From the sequence record KF766125: 60,875 bases of DNA, one strand, 5' to 3'. A program made the position numbers and the translations under genes. Below are positions 10,267 to 19,241 of the stretch, one piece after another (positions within the stretch are counted from its first letter, which is position 1; every line of letters begins with the position of its first letter). The notes under the pieces were generated by a model that saw nothing but the letters and a program-made list of their open reading frames with translations, was not told where the DNA came from and made no database searches. The DNA is from Shigella phage 75/02 Stx.

Positions 10267-11355
10267 ATGCGTAATTACGCAACAATTTCACCTCAGTTCT
10301 GGTTAGGCGATACAGGGCGAAAACTAAGGAAGTCTGGTCCGGAATGTATGGTAGTGGCGTTGTATATGATGACCTCGCCTCATTCCAATATGCTGGGCCT
10401 TTATTACCTGCCTGTTTTGTACATTGCTCACGAAACCGGACTTGATCCTGAAGGGGCTTCTAAGGGGCTTCAAATGGCTTGCGAGGCTGGTTTTTGCAGC
10501 TATGACCATGATTCTGAGGTTGTATGGGTGCATGAAATGGCAGCATGGCAGGTTGGTGAAGCGCTGAAACCAGGCGATAACCGTTGTGCTGGGGTAAGAA
10601 ATGAATATTCCGCGTTGCTGGAAAATCCTTTTTTATCATCCTTTTATGATAGATATAAGGATGATTTCCACCTGGATGTCAGACGTGAATCATGTCGGAA
10701 AATTGAAGCCCCTTCAGAGCCCCTTTCAAGCCAAGAACAAGAACAGGAACAGGAACAGGAACAGGAAAGAGATAAAACCCTTCTGGTCCATGGCGAAAAA
10801 ATCGCCACGGACCCACTGGTGGATTCTTGTCCCGTTCTGACTGAACGTCCAGGACCAGCTGGCATGACACCGGAAGCAGATTCCGGGCGTTGTGTGCAGC
10901 AGGTGCTGCACGTCGAACCGGAGCAACAACACCAACCGCAGCAGCCTGAAGCCGATTCCGCGATGAGCGGGAAGCCGATTGGGTTAACCCGGGCGATGCC
11001 GGGACCGTCTGCGGGACGAGTTGATTATCCTGACGTGTTCGAACGGGTCTGGCGTGAATATCCGCATCGGGCAGGGTCAAACCCGAAGAAATCCGCGTTC
11101 AATGCCTGGAGGGCCAGATTACGCGAAGGGGTGTCACCGGATGTCGTGCTGGATGGCGTGAGGCGTTACGCAAGATACCTGGAGGCTACCGGGAAAGTGG
11201 GAACTGAATTTGTTCAGCAGGCATCGACGTTTTTTGGCCCGAACAGGAATTTCGAAAATCCGTGGGCGCTGCCGAAGGCTGGCGCAGTCAGCCTGCGTTG
11301 CGTGAATCACATTTCTGAACCGGACACCGAAATTCCGCCGGGTTTCAGGGGGTAA
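10267..11355 (+). CDS. Replication initiator, O-like (replisome organizer)
   Basis: 362 aa; position after cII; internal (EQ)n linker from a gaacag hexamer tract at 10735-10764; internal iteron-like copy; followed by a DnaC-like gene. Confidence 0.8.
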   Translation: MRNYATISPQFWLGDTGRKLRKSGPECMVVALYMMTSPHSNMLGLYYLPVLYIAHETGLDPEGASKGLQMACEAGFCSYDHDSEVVWVHEMAAWQVGEALKPGDNRCAGVRNEYSALLENPFLSSFYDRYKDDFHLDVRRESCRKIEAPSEPLSSQEQEQEQEQEQERDKTLLVHGEKIATDPLVDSCPVLTERPGPAGMTPEADSGRCVQQVLHVEPEQQHQPQQPEADSAMSGKPIGLTRAMPGPSAGRVDYPDVFERVWREYPHRAGSNPKKSAFNAWRARLREGVSPDVVLDGVRRYARYLEATGKVGTEFVQQASTFFGPNRNFENPWALPKAGAVSLRCVNHISEPDTEIPPGFRG

Positions 11356-11361
11356 TCAGCC

Positions 11362-12102
11362 ATGAAAAACATTTCGACAGGAGGGATTCTTGAACGGGTG
11401 CGCCGTCTGGTACCACCGCACGTTACAGCACCGTTCCGGACGACCGACGAGTGGCTGGAATGGCAACTGGCTGAGGGCCGGAAGCGCAGCGAGGAAGTTA
11501 ACCGCCAGAATCACCAGACGCGGGTTGAAAAAATCCTGAATCGTTCGGGCATCCAGCCGCTTCACAGGAAGTGCTCATTCGGGAACTACCGGGTGCAGAA
11601 CGACGGTCAGCGCCATGCTCTGAGTCAGGCAAAATCCATCGCGGCAGAGCTGCATACCGGCTGCACGAATTTCGTGTTCAGCGGTAAACCTGGCACCGGG
11701 AAAAATCACCTTGCAGCAGCGATTGGTAATCGGCTGATGGCGAAGGGGAGAAGCGTGATTATCGTCACCGTGTCCGATGTCATGAGTGTGTTGCATGACG
11801 GCTACGACAACGGCAAGTCTGGTGAGAAATTTTTACAGGAGCTTTGTGGCGTTGACCTTCTGGTCCTGGATGAAATTGGCATGCAGCGGGATACGCGCAA
11901 CGAGCAGGTCATACTGAACCAGATCGTCGACCGCAGAACGGCATCACTGCGCAGTGTCGGGATGCTGACGAACCTGAATCACGCAGCGATGAGCACACTC
12001 CTCGGCGAGCGGGTGATGGACCGTATGACCATGAACGGTGGTCGTTGGGTGAATTTTAACTGGGAGAGCTGGCGGTCAAACGTTGGGCGTCAGGGTATGT
12101 GA
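11362..12102 (+). CDS. DnaC-like helicase loader (IstB-like AAA+ ATPase)
   Basis: Walker A GKPGTGKNHLAAAIG and Walker B LLVLDEIG. Confidence 0.9.
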   Translation: MKNISTGGILERVRRLVPPHVTAPFRTTDEWLEWQLAEGRKRSEEVNRQNHQTRVEKILNRSGIQPLHRKCSFGNYRVQNDGQRHALSQAKSIAAELHTGCTNFVFSGKPGTGKNHLAAAIGNRLMAKGRSVIIVTVSDVMSVLHDGYDNGKSGEKFLQELCGVDLLVLDEIGMQRDTRNEQVILNQIVDRRTASLRSVGMLTNLNHAAMSTLLGERVMDRMTMNGGRWVNFNWESWRSNVGRQGM

Positions 12103-12127
12103 GAATTTTTGACGAGGTAAATTTTCG

Positions 12128-12898
12128 ATGGAAACCGTATTGCATGCACTGAAAGCGATGGGTAAAGCCAATTCTGTTGAACTGGCGGCGCGGCTTGATA
12201 TCAGCCGTGAAGAAGTTCTCAACGAACTGTGGGAACTCAAAAAAAATGGTGTTGTTGATAAAACGGGTCACACCTGGTTTCTGGCTGTCGAAGGTGAATC
12301 CGGGGTAACCGAAGGGCAGGCACTACAATCTGAAGCGCCGGATGTGGTAACCGAAGAGGTCGCTCCAAAAGTTAGCGCTGACATGATGATTGAGTTTATC
12401 GCTCAGGAGGGGGCTAAAACCTGTGAAGAAATAGCGGGTAAGTTCGGAGTTACCACTCGTAAGGTTGCTTCCACTTTGGCGGTAGTAACAGCAACGGGGC
12501 GCCTGGTGCGCGTGTCTATCAAGGGAAAATTCCGTTATAAAGTGCCTGACGTCGAAAACGGCGATTTGAGCGCGTCATCATCGCAGGATGAGAATATCAC
12601 ACACGAAGCAGAAAACAGCGCGTCAGGCGACGAACTGAATCGCTTTCCGTTGATGTCAGAGGGCACGGCAAAGGCCTGTACAGATGAGTTTATCCGGGAT
12701 GTTCCGTCGTTCACCGAAAAATATGCTGGTGCAGTGACCCTTCCACCTCTACGGGCCGCCAGTCGTGAACTTCGTCGCGCCAAAAAACAGGTCCAGAAGT
12801 GGGAGCGTGTCTGTGCTGCACTACGTGAGCTGAATAAACACCGGGAACTTGTCATGCAGATTACCGATTCATCCAGCAGTATTGCATCGGAAAAGTGA
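12128..12898 (+). CDS. Hypothetical protein, winged-helix-like N-terminus
   Basis: 256-aa ORF after the replication genes; acidic central region. Confidence 0.65.
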   Translation: METVLHALKAMGKANSVELAARLDISREEVLNELWELKKNGVVDKTGHTWFLAVEGESGVTEGQALQSEAPDVVTEEVAPKVSADMMIEFIAQEGAKTCEEIAGKFGVTTRKVASTLAVVTATGRLVRVSIKGKFRYKVPDVENGDLSASSSQDENITHEAENSASGDELNRFPLMSEGTAKACTDEFIRDVPSFTEKYAGAVTLPPLRAASRELRRAKKQVQKWERVCAALRELNKHRELVMQITDSSSSIASEK

Positions 12899-13344
12899 TA
12901 ACTGGAGAGCTTATGGCAAAAGTATTTACACCCGAACAGCGGGAAGAACTGAAGGCACGTATTGTGGAGCTCGTGCGCCTGAATGGTCGGGGAACGTTCA
13001 GGCAACTGGCTACTGAAACCGGAGTCAGCAAGACAGCTGTCAGACGTTTGTCCAGAGAACTGGTTGTCAGTGGCGCTATATTCGACTCAGGTTATGGTTT
13101 ATTCCCGTCTGATCAGGCGCGTAAGGACTGGCAAAATGCCCGCAAAAAACTCTCGAGAGCAAAGGCAAAGAAACCGGTTGTTATTGACCCTGGTCTTATC
13201 CGGGCATTACCTGATGGGGAAATCCGGCGCTACGACAGACGCTACAACATAATTTGTCGCGAGTGCCGTAACAGCGAAACGATGCAGCGTGTGCTGGCAT
13301 TCTGGCGGGGGAGTGCAGAGGGATTGATGTTCTCCCCGTCGTGA
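12895..13344 (+). CDS. Hypothetical protein
   Basis: 149-aa ORF translationally coupled to the upstream gene; basic C-terminal half. Confidence 0.55.
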   Translation: MITGELMAKVFTPEQREELKARIVELVRLNGRGTFRQLATETGVSKTAVRRLSRELVVSGAIFDSGYGLFPSDQARKDWQNARKKLSRAKAKKPVVIDPGLIRALPDGEIRRYDRRYNIICRECRNSETMQRVLAFWRGSAEGLMFSPS

Positions 13345-13376
13345 ATGACGGGGGCTTACGTGTTCAGAAAAGTGAT

Positions 13377-14051
13377 TCATATAGAGGCTGAATCTGATCT
13401 TTTTTGTTCACGTCTGGCTGCCACCATTGCAGGCAGAGTGAAGGCGTAGACTAAAAACATTTCGGTAAAACTCAGGATCTGGCTTGCCTCAATTGGTGTG
13501 AAAACTTCATCTGTATGAACTGCTTTATTGGCATCAATTCGTACAATATGAGCCCATTCCTTCATCTGTTCAGTGATCAGCCCTTTTTTGTAAATCATCT
13601 GAATACGTTGCGACAGCGATTCTTTTCCTGCTTCATCGCCGAGCAGTTTTTTCGTGGAGATATCGAGGACTCTGCGACAAAGAATTACCACTGTGTCGTA
13701 CCGCCTCCTCTGTAAATCCTCTTTTGCCTCAACAAAAGTACGGTCTGCAACCGGGGGCGTATATTCTGGTGCGGTAATTTTTTTGACCGCAGGATAGATC
13801 TTGCGGAAACGGTACTGGCTATTTCCTGAAATCAGAATATCGAGGTCTTTTTTCTGGCTTTCCGCCATGGGGCCGTGATAGTGGTCTGATGGGATTTCAA
13901 CAATAGCAACACCTCCTCGATGACAACTTCTGCATACAAAAGCGACGTTAAAAAGAGGTGTTTTTTCAATTTGTTTTTCGGCAAATGCCTCAATAACAGC
14001 TCGCTCTTTTAAACAGTGTGGGCATGTAATGTCAAAGGAGACTAAACTCAT
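13377..14051 (-). CDS. Zn-ribbon protein with C-terminal DUF4145-like (HEPN-related) domain
   Basis: Start at ATG 14051 with GAGAGG SD; CPHC...CRSCH; C-terminal pattern LCRRVLDIS...WAHIVRIDANKAVH...FTEMFLVYAFTLP recalled as DUF4145-like. Confidence 0.7.
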   Translation of the reverse strand: MSLVSFDITCPHCLKERAVIEAFAEKQIEKTPLFNVAFVCRSCHRGGVAIVEIPSDHYHGPMAESQKKDLDILISGNSQYRFRKIYPAVKKITAPEYTPPVADRTFVEAKEDLQRRRYDTVVILCRRVLDISTKKLLGDEAGKESLSQRIQMIYKKGLITEQMKEWAHIVRIDANKAVHTDEVFTPIEASQILSFTEMFLVYAFTLPAMVAARREQKRSDSASI

Positions 14052-14295
14052 GGATATTCCTCTCGAAATTAAAGAAATTAACGAAATCATTGAGGTTACT
14101 GATCGCCCCGAGTTTACCCTCATGCGTCGTTATGAAACAGGAACCGACGAACAAAAATACATCATGGTTGCAGCATTGGCTGTGATGGCGATAGAAAGGG
14201 AGCGGAGGGAAAAGGACGTAATGGTTATTCCGGCGAGAAATGATTCACCGGATTTGAGATGGCAGGATCCGGAGTGGGATGTGGCAATCCGGTGA
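14050..14295 (+). CDS. Hypothetical small ORF, possibly spurious
   Basis: AAGGAG SD 9 nt upstream of ATG 14050, but the start codon overlaps the divergent DUF4145-like start (CATG) and lies antisense in the gap of a minus-strand operon. Confidence 0.2.
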   Translation: MDIPLEIKEINEIIEVTDRPEFTLMRRYETGTDEQKYIMVAALAVMAIERERREKDVMVIPARNDSPDLRWQDPEWDVAIR

Positions 14296-14349
14296 TTGAT
14301 ATTTCTCTGGGGTAAAGCGCCGCCAGAATGACGGCGCGGTAGTGGAGAG

Positions 14350-14658
14350 TTAAACGAAGCGGATCTGGAGTTTTTTCCCTGTAGCACGGGCGAATTTTTT
14401 CAGTGTGGCAAATGATGGGCCGCTTATACCTGATGCAAGATTGCTTTCCATTCTGGTGATCGCAGTCGCTTTTGTTCCCATACGTTCAGCAACTTCAGCC
14501 TGGGTTAAGCCTGCTTCTTTTCGTGCTGCCAGCATTTCATCAAGTAGTGCGAATTCGTCGGCGATGGCGTCGTATTCTGCTTTGAAAGCCGGATCCTCCA
14601 TCCATTTGGCTGCCATTTCGTCGTGTGTCATGGTAGGTGTAATGCGTTTACCAGTCAT
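14350..14658 (-). CDS. HigA-like HTH (XRE-family) antitoxin
   Basis: 102 aa; HTH segment GLTQAEVAERMGTKATAITRMES; overlaps the upstream toxin gene by 11 nt. Confidence 0.8.
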   Translation of the reverse strand: MTGKRITPTMTHDEMAAKWMEDPAFKAEYDAIADEFALLDEMLAARKEAGLTQAEVAERMGTKATAITRMESNLASGISGPSFATLKKFARATGKKLQIRFV

Positions 14659-14977
14659 GCTTAACCTCCTTCATTCTGGCTTCAGCTTTTTTGCGTTCGG
14701 CTGGCGGTGTTTTCTGCGTTTTCTTAATGAAACTATGCAGCATAATGATGCGTTTCCCTGTCAGAGTGCAGTAAAAAACACGTGCAATCCCATCGTTGCC
14801 TTTAATTCTGAGTTCGAAAAGCCCATCACCAAAGGCGCTGGTATGAGGTTCTCCGAGATTGCTGCCGTATACCTTCATACGTTCAATGAGATGTTTGTAT
14901 CGGACACGCATACTCAATGGAAGCTGATCGACTTCCAGCCGGACCTCTTCACTGTAGTATTCGATAGTGTAGTTCAT
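14648..14977 (-). CDS. HigB/RelE-ParE-superfamily toxin (gp49-like)
   Basis: Internal-Met start at 14977; motifs GDGLFELRI, ARVFYCT, IMLHSFIKKTQKTP typical of gp49/HigB-like toxins; toxin-first order as in higBA. Confidence 0.8.
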   Translation of the reverse strand: MNYTIEYYSEEVRLEVDQLPLSMRVRYKHLIERMKVYGSNLGEPHTSAFGDGLFELRIKGNDGIARVFYCTLTGKRIIMLHSFIKKTQKTPPAERKKAEARMKEVKHDW

Positions 14978-14988
14978 AGGTATCAACA

Positions 14989-15004
14989 TAACAAATTTGT
15001 TATA
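14989..15004. promoter_or_regulatory. Perfect 16-bp palindrome upstream of the toxin gene (candidate autoregulatory operator)
   Basis: ATAACAAATTTGTTAT, 12 nt upstream of the higB-like start. Confidence 0.45.
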
Positions 15005-15205
15005 TGTATTCAAGGACTGTACTGTGTTGACGACAACACATATCAAGCAGACAGTCATGCTGTTAGATCACGGTTTGCTTGATGGAAGGTTGACAACTCA
15101 TAAGAAATTAAATTTATTAATAAGACTCATTAAATTTTATGTTAGATTTGCAAGATGACAGGAAACAAAATATTAGGAGCAATAAAAAAAACAGGAGCAG
15201 CATTA

Positions 15206-15631
15206 ATGTTTATTATTCTGCTGATCTTTGTAAAGATAATTGCAACTGAGTTCGGTGATAATAAAATTGATGATATTTTATCAAACAAAGAAGATGCAGA
15301 TAAAATTGCCTCATACTTAAAAAATGAACTATCCAAGAAAAAATTCCCTATTAAAGTAGATGATTATACTACATGGATTGCTGCAACCGTAGAAGGAAAT
15401 ACACTTAATCATTACTATAATATTTATGGGATTAATGAAGATATGTCGCCATTTTTTGATGGTGAAGAGATTAAAAACTTAATGAGCCTAGAAATACAAA
15501 AAAAATTAAATTCTGTCGAGTGTAAAATGATGCAGGAGTATAATTATACATTCAAATATCATTATAACATAATAAACACGAAATATAATGACTTAGTTAT
15601 AATTATGACAAAGAGTAATTGTCCACAATGA
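15206..15631 (+). CDS. Hypothetical membrane-anchored protein
   Basis: AGGAG SD before ATG 15206; N-terminal hydrophobic helix MFIILLIFVKIIA; very AT-rich. Confidence 0.5.
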   Translation: MFIILLIFVKIIATEFGDNKIDDILSNKEDADKIASYLKNELSKKKFPIKVDDYTTWIAATVEGNTLNHYYNIYGINEDMSPFFDGEEIKNLMSLEIQKKLNSVECKMMQEYNYTFKYHYNIINTKYNDLVIIMTKSNCPQ

Positions 15632-15642
15632 AGGGGATGCAT

Positions 15643-16314
15643 ATGGATAACTCAAAACTGAAGAAAATGCTTATTGCATCTATTATCGGAAACATACTTT
15701 TAGTTTTTTTAAATATTCAAGTGTTCAACCAAAAACACTCCTCAAACGTCATAGACACACAAAAAAAAGAGGATAAAAGTAAGTGGACTGATATAGAAAA
15801 CATTTATCCTGTGTGTAAGGTTCACAATAATAACACATCTTATAGCGGGCAATTAAAGCCAGAATGGTACTGTTATTGGTTTAATCCAATAACATACAAA
15901 TACACATATTTAGAAAAGACTCTGATAACATCACCCAGTGATGGTGTTTTCTATTTTTCGAACGAGTATACACCAACTATTGAATTACGTCATAAAGCAA
16001 GTGACATAAGTGTTCCTGTTGATATATATGCCAAACAATTATTAGACCGACTGGAACGTGAATCAAATGCTAAAATTTTTCTACCTAAGGAGGCCAAACA
16101 GATAAAAAGTAAAAAGTTGGAAAAATGGACTTCATTTATTACAGTTATTCCCAAAGACAATTCAAAGGATATAGAGACTTTTCTTTTATCTTTCATTAAA
16201 AAGGAAGAGGTTTTATGGACGGTTTTCGTTGAATACCCAAATGATGATAAAAAGTACTGGTACATTGATGAGAAGACATTTGATCTAATAGATAAGATAA
16301 CCAGTACTTTTTGA
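15643..16314 (+). CDS. Hypothetical membrane-anchored protein
   Basis: AAGGGG SD before ATG 15643; N-terminal hydrophobic segment MLIASIIGNILLVFLNI; AT-rich. Confidence 0.5.
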   Translation: MDNSKLKKMLIASIIGNILLVFLNIQVFNQKHSSNVIDTQKKEDKSKWTDIENIYPVCKVHNNNTSYSGQLKPEWYCYWFNPITYKYTYLEKTLITSPSDGVFYFSNEYTPTIELRHKASDISVPVDIYAKQLLDRLERESNAKIFLPKEAKQIKSKKLEKWTSFITVIPKDNSKDIETFLLSFIKKEEVLWTVFVEYPNDDKKYWYIDEKTFDLIDKITSTF

Positions 16315-16333
16315 TGCGACTATCTGGCGGGGA

Positions 16334-16723
16334 TTAAATACTATATGCACCGTATTTATTATCCCCTTTTTCTGACGGGATACAGTACATAACGAACAAT
16401 ATAAAGCCACCAATATACGGGATGCACCAGATAAACAAGTACCAGGCACTTAACCCAATATCATGGAGTCTGCGGACTTTCAATGTAATGGATGGAATAA
16501 TCGTAGCTAATACGTAAACGCAAGGTATATAAAACCCATAACTAATGCCAGTATTATCTAATGTATATCCGATAAAAAAAAGAACTCCCAAGAATATTAA
16601 ATTAAACAGATAATACCACCAGAACTCTCTTCGACTGGCTCGCCCTGAATAATTGAAGTAGTTATTAAAAAGAACATCCGTATACCATGCCAAAGGGGAT
16701 TTTCTCATGCTTTTATACTCCAA
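16334..16723 (-). CDS. DUF805-family inner membrane protein
   Basis: Motifs GRASRREFWWYYLF and RRLHDIGLSAWY typical of DUF805 (YhaH-like); several TM segments. Confidence 0.7.
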   Translation of the reverse strand: MEYKSMRKSPLAWYTDVLFNNYFNYSGRASRREFWWYYLFNLIFLGVLFFIGYTLDNTGISYGFYIPCVYVLATIIPSITLKVRRLHDIGLSAWYLFIWCIPYIGGFILFVMYCIPSEKGDNKYGAYSI

Positions 16724-17052
16724 ACATTAATATTAAATTGATGATTATTAACAACTTAAAACAACGTTAATGTTTTACCTAATAGGGTGTCAACATCTAC
16801 ACAAGGAAATGTTGACACACCACACATTCTGTCGGATACTCTGCGTCAGGTGCTCAAAACACCTTAGCAAGTAGCGGTTACCGCGCCCGACAGACATGCG
16901 GTTTTTTTGTGTCCAGTCTTCTTGGTTTATGACCGGGCGTGCGGCTAATACAATACCAGCAATGGGAATATGCCCGCCGACTACTTGCGGTTTTGAGCGC
17001 CCGGTCACCCTCTCAAAAGGGGTAAATCAAAATATCAAGTAGGACACAAAGC

Positions 17053-17721
17053 ATGAAAACCATCTCCGTGGAGTCCCTCTCCATAATTTCATTTAGTAAT
17101 ATACCTGTGGTGACTACAGAGCTTCTTGCCAGCTTATATGGCACAGAACCAGATTACATCCGAAAAAATTTCAATCGGAATTCTGGACGATTTGTTATCG
17201 GTAAGCACTACTTTTTACTTGAGAATGAGGAGTTGCGCGAATTTAAGCACAGCATGTCTTTAAGACCTTCTGTGAAAATCGCCCGTAACGTTCGCTCCCT
17301 CATCCTCTGGACAGAACGCGGAGCAGCCCGTCACGCAAAAATGCTCGAAACTGATCAGGCATGGGAAGTGTTCGAAAAACTGGAAGACTGCTATTTCAGC
17401 CAGGGAAAAACAACACAAACCGAACAGCAGTCGCATATTCAGCCACAATTCACAGCCGAGGAAATCATCCTCCTTTGCTACATGCAGCTCTGGATGGAAA
17501 AAGCCCAGGGCATCAGCAAACACCTGTACCCCATTATGAAAGAGCTGAACTCCTCATACACGAACAAGCTGTATGACATTGCGTTTGAGACTATCTACAT
17601 GGTGACGAAGAACAGAGACGCGCTACTGAGGGAGGTAACACGTCTCGACATGTCAAGTTCCGTTGTCCAGAGGGCCATGCCAATGCTGAAAAGCCTGCGG
17701 GCAAGACAATTTGAATTCTGA
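17053..17721 (+). CDS. Phage antirepressor-like protein
   Basis: 222 aa; C-terminal domain shared with the Bro-N protein at 59262-59885 (AEEIILLCYMQLWMEKAQ...LKSLRARQFEF), different N-terminal domain. Confidence 0.7.
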   Translation: MKTISVESLSIISFSNIPVVTTELLASLYGTEPDYIRKNFNRNSGRFVIGKHYFLLENEELREFKHSMSLRPSVKIARNVRSLILWTERGAARHAKMLETDQAWEVFEKLEDCYFSQGKTTQTEQQSHIQPQFTAEEIILLCYMQLWMEKAQGISKHLYPIMKELNSSYTNKLYDIAFETIYMVTKNRDALLREVTRLDMSSSVVQRAMPMLKSLRARQFEF

Positions 17722-17775
17722 AACCAAAGGAGCTTCGGCTCCTTTTTTGTTGGGAAAATCCAGTGAGAGGGAATA

Positions 17776-18186
17776 ATGAACCAGACTATCTTCCTCCGAA
17801 GTAAGCAGCAGCAACAATTCGCCATTAACGCAATCCTTGCAACAACTCTCGATAAAGACAAACCCGTTACGATCCGCATCACCGATTACAAGCGTAATCT
17901 CGCTCAAAATGCAAAATTTCACGCGATGGTCGCTGATATCTCCCGACAGGTTCAGTGGTGTGGCAGGTGGCTAAAACCAGAACAGTGGAAAGTTTTGTTG
18001 ATCAGCGGTCATGCCGTGGCGACAAAACAGGAAGCCGATGTTTTACCTGGTCTTGAAGGCGAATGCGTCAATATCCGCGAAAGCAGTGCGCAGATGAGCG
18101 TGAAGCGTATGGCAAGCCTGATTGAGTACACAACTTCCTGGGCTGTGGAGCAGGGGGTCAGATTTACCGACAGGAGGTACGAATGA
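17776..18186 (+). CDS. ninB: NinB (Orf) recombination protein
   Basis: 136 aa, lambda NinB-like (QQQFAINAI...[11 protein letters not shown]...GRWL). Confidence 0.85.
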   Translation: MNQTIFLRSKQQQQFAINAILATTLDKDKPVTIRITDYKRNLAQNAKFHAMVADISRQVQWCGRWLKPEQWKVLLISGHAVATKQEADVLPGLEGECVNIRESSAQMSVKRMASLIEYTTSWAVEQGVRFTDRRYE

Positions 18187-18374
18187 GACGACAGCGACGA
18201 AGCATTACCGATATAGTCTGTGAAAACTGCAATTACCTTCCAACGAAACGCTCCCGAAATAAACCCAGGCCAATCCCCAACGAATCTGATGTAAAAACCT
18301 TCAATTATACGTCTCACCTGTGGGATGTCCGGTGGCTCAGACGTCGTGCAAGATTTAATAGTCACTCCGGATAG
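18183..18374 (+). CDS. Small nin-region protein
   Basis: 63-aa ORF coupled to ninB; CENC motif. Confidence 0.4.
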   Translation: MRRQRRSITDIVCENCNYLPTKRSRNKPRPIPNESDVKTFNYTSHLWDVRWLRRRARFNSHSG

Positions 18375-18394
18375 TTCAATGTACGAGGAATAAG

Positions 18395-18688
18395 ATGATG
18401 GCAAACCTACGCAAAGAAGCGCGTGGCAGAGAATGTCAGGTACGGATTTACGGCGTATGCAATGGCAATCCTGAAACTACAGTTTTGGCGCATTACCGAA
18501 TAGCTGGAATTTGCGGAACGGGAATGAAGCCAGATGACCTGTTGGCTGCATGGGCCTGTAGTGACTGCCATAATGAAATCGATCGCCGTACTCGCATTCT
18601 CGACAACAACGACTCCAGACTTTACCACCTGGAAGGCGTGATCAGGACGCAGGCGATACTGCTGAAGGAGGGGAAAATTAAGTCATGA
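18395..18688 (+). CDS. YbcO-like DUF1364 protein (nin region)
   Basis: RKEARGRECQVRIYGVCNGNPETTVLAH...CSDCHNEIDRR, close to DLP12 YbcO as recalled. Confidence 0.8.
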   Translation: MMANLRKEARGRECQVRIYGVCNGNPETTVLAHYRIAGICGTGMKPDDLLAAWACSDCHNEIDRRTRILDNNDSRLYHLEGVIRTQAILLKEGKIKS

Positions 18689-19047
18689 ATGAATATGAGT
18701 TTGTGCTTCCCTGGCCGCCGACGGTGAATACCTACTGGCGAAGACGGGGAAGCCAGTACTACATCAGCGATAAAGGCCAGAAATACCGAAAAGACGTACA
18801 GCAAATTATCCGGCAACTCAGATTAGACATTTTCACTAAATCACGACTTTGCATCACAATTATTGCTGAACCACCAGATTCCCGCCGTCGCGACCTCGAT
18901 AACATCCTGAAAGGTTTACTCGACTCTCTTATCCACGCCGGATTTGCGGAAGACGACGAGCAATTCGATGACATTCGCGTAATTCGCGGCGTGAAAGTGC
19001 CTGGCGGTAGAGTGGGGATAAAAATCACCGAACTGGAGAATATTTGA
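18685..19047 (+). CDS. rusA: RusA Holliday-junction resolvase
   Basis: LPWPPTVN...RRRDLDN motifs matching RusA. Confidence 0.9.
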   Translation: MNEYEFVLPWPPTVNTYWRRRGSQYYISDKGQKYRKDVQQIIRQLRLDIFTKSRLCITIIAEPPDSRRRDLDNILKGLLDSLIHAGFAEDDEQFDDIRVIRGVKVPGGRVGIKITELENI

Positions 19048-19241
19048 TGAATGCTAAAATTCAAACGATACCTGAATTACTGATCTGCACCAGGGGAAAT
19101 CAGACAGAAGTCGCCAGAATACTGAACTGCAATCGTGCCACAGTCAGAAAATACATTGATGATAAAGATGCGAAAAAGCACGCCGTCGTCAATGGCGTCC
19201 TTATGGTTCATCGCGGATGGGGTAAAGATACTGATGCGTGA
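19044..19241 (+). CDS. ninH: NinH-like HTH protein
   Basis: [25 protein letters not shown]...VLMVHRGW, lambda NinH-like. Confidence 0.8.
   Translation: MMNAKIQTIPELLICTRGNQTEVARILNCNRATVRKYIDDKDAKKHAVVNGVLMVHRGWGKDTDA

Noticed and set aside
14130-14387. 85-aa minus-strand ORF in the gap between higA-like and DUF4145-like genes
   Set aside because: Ser/Arg-rich low-complexity translation and no RBS; the gap more likely holds a promoter
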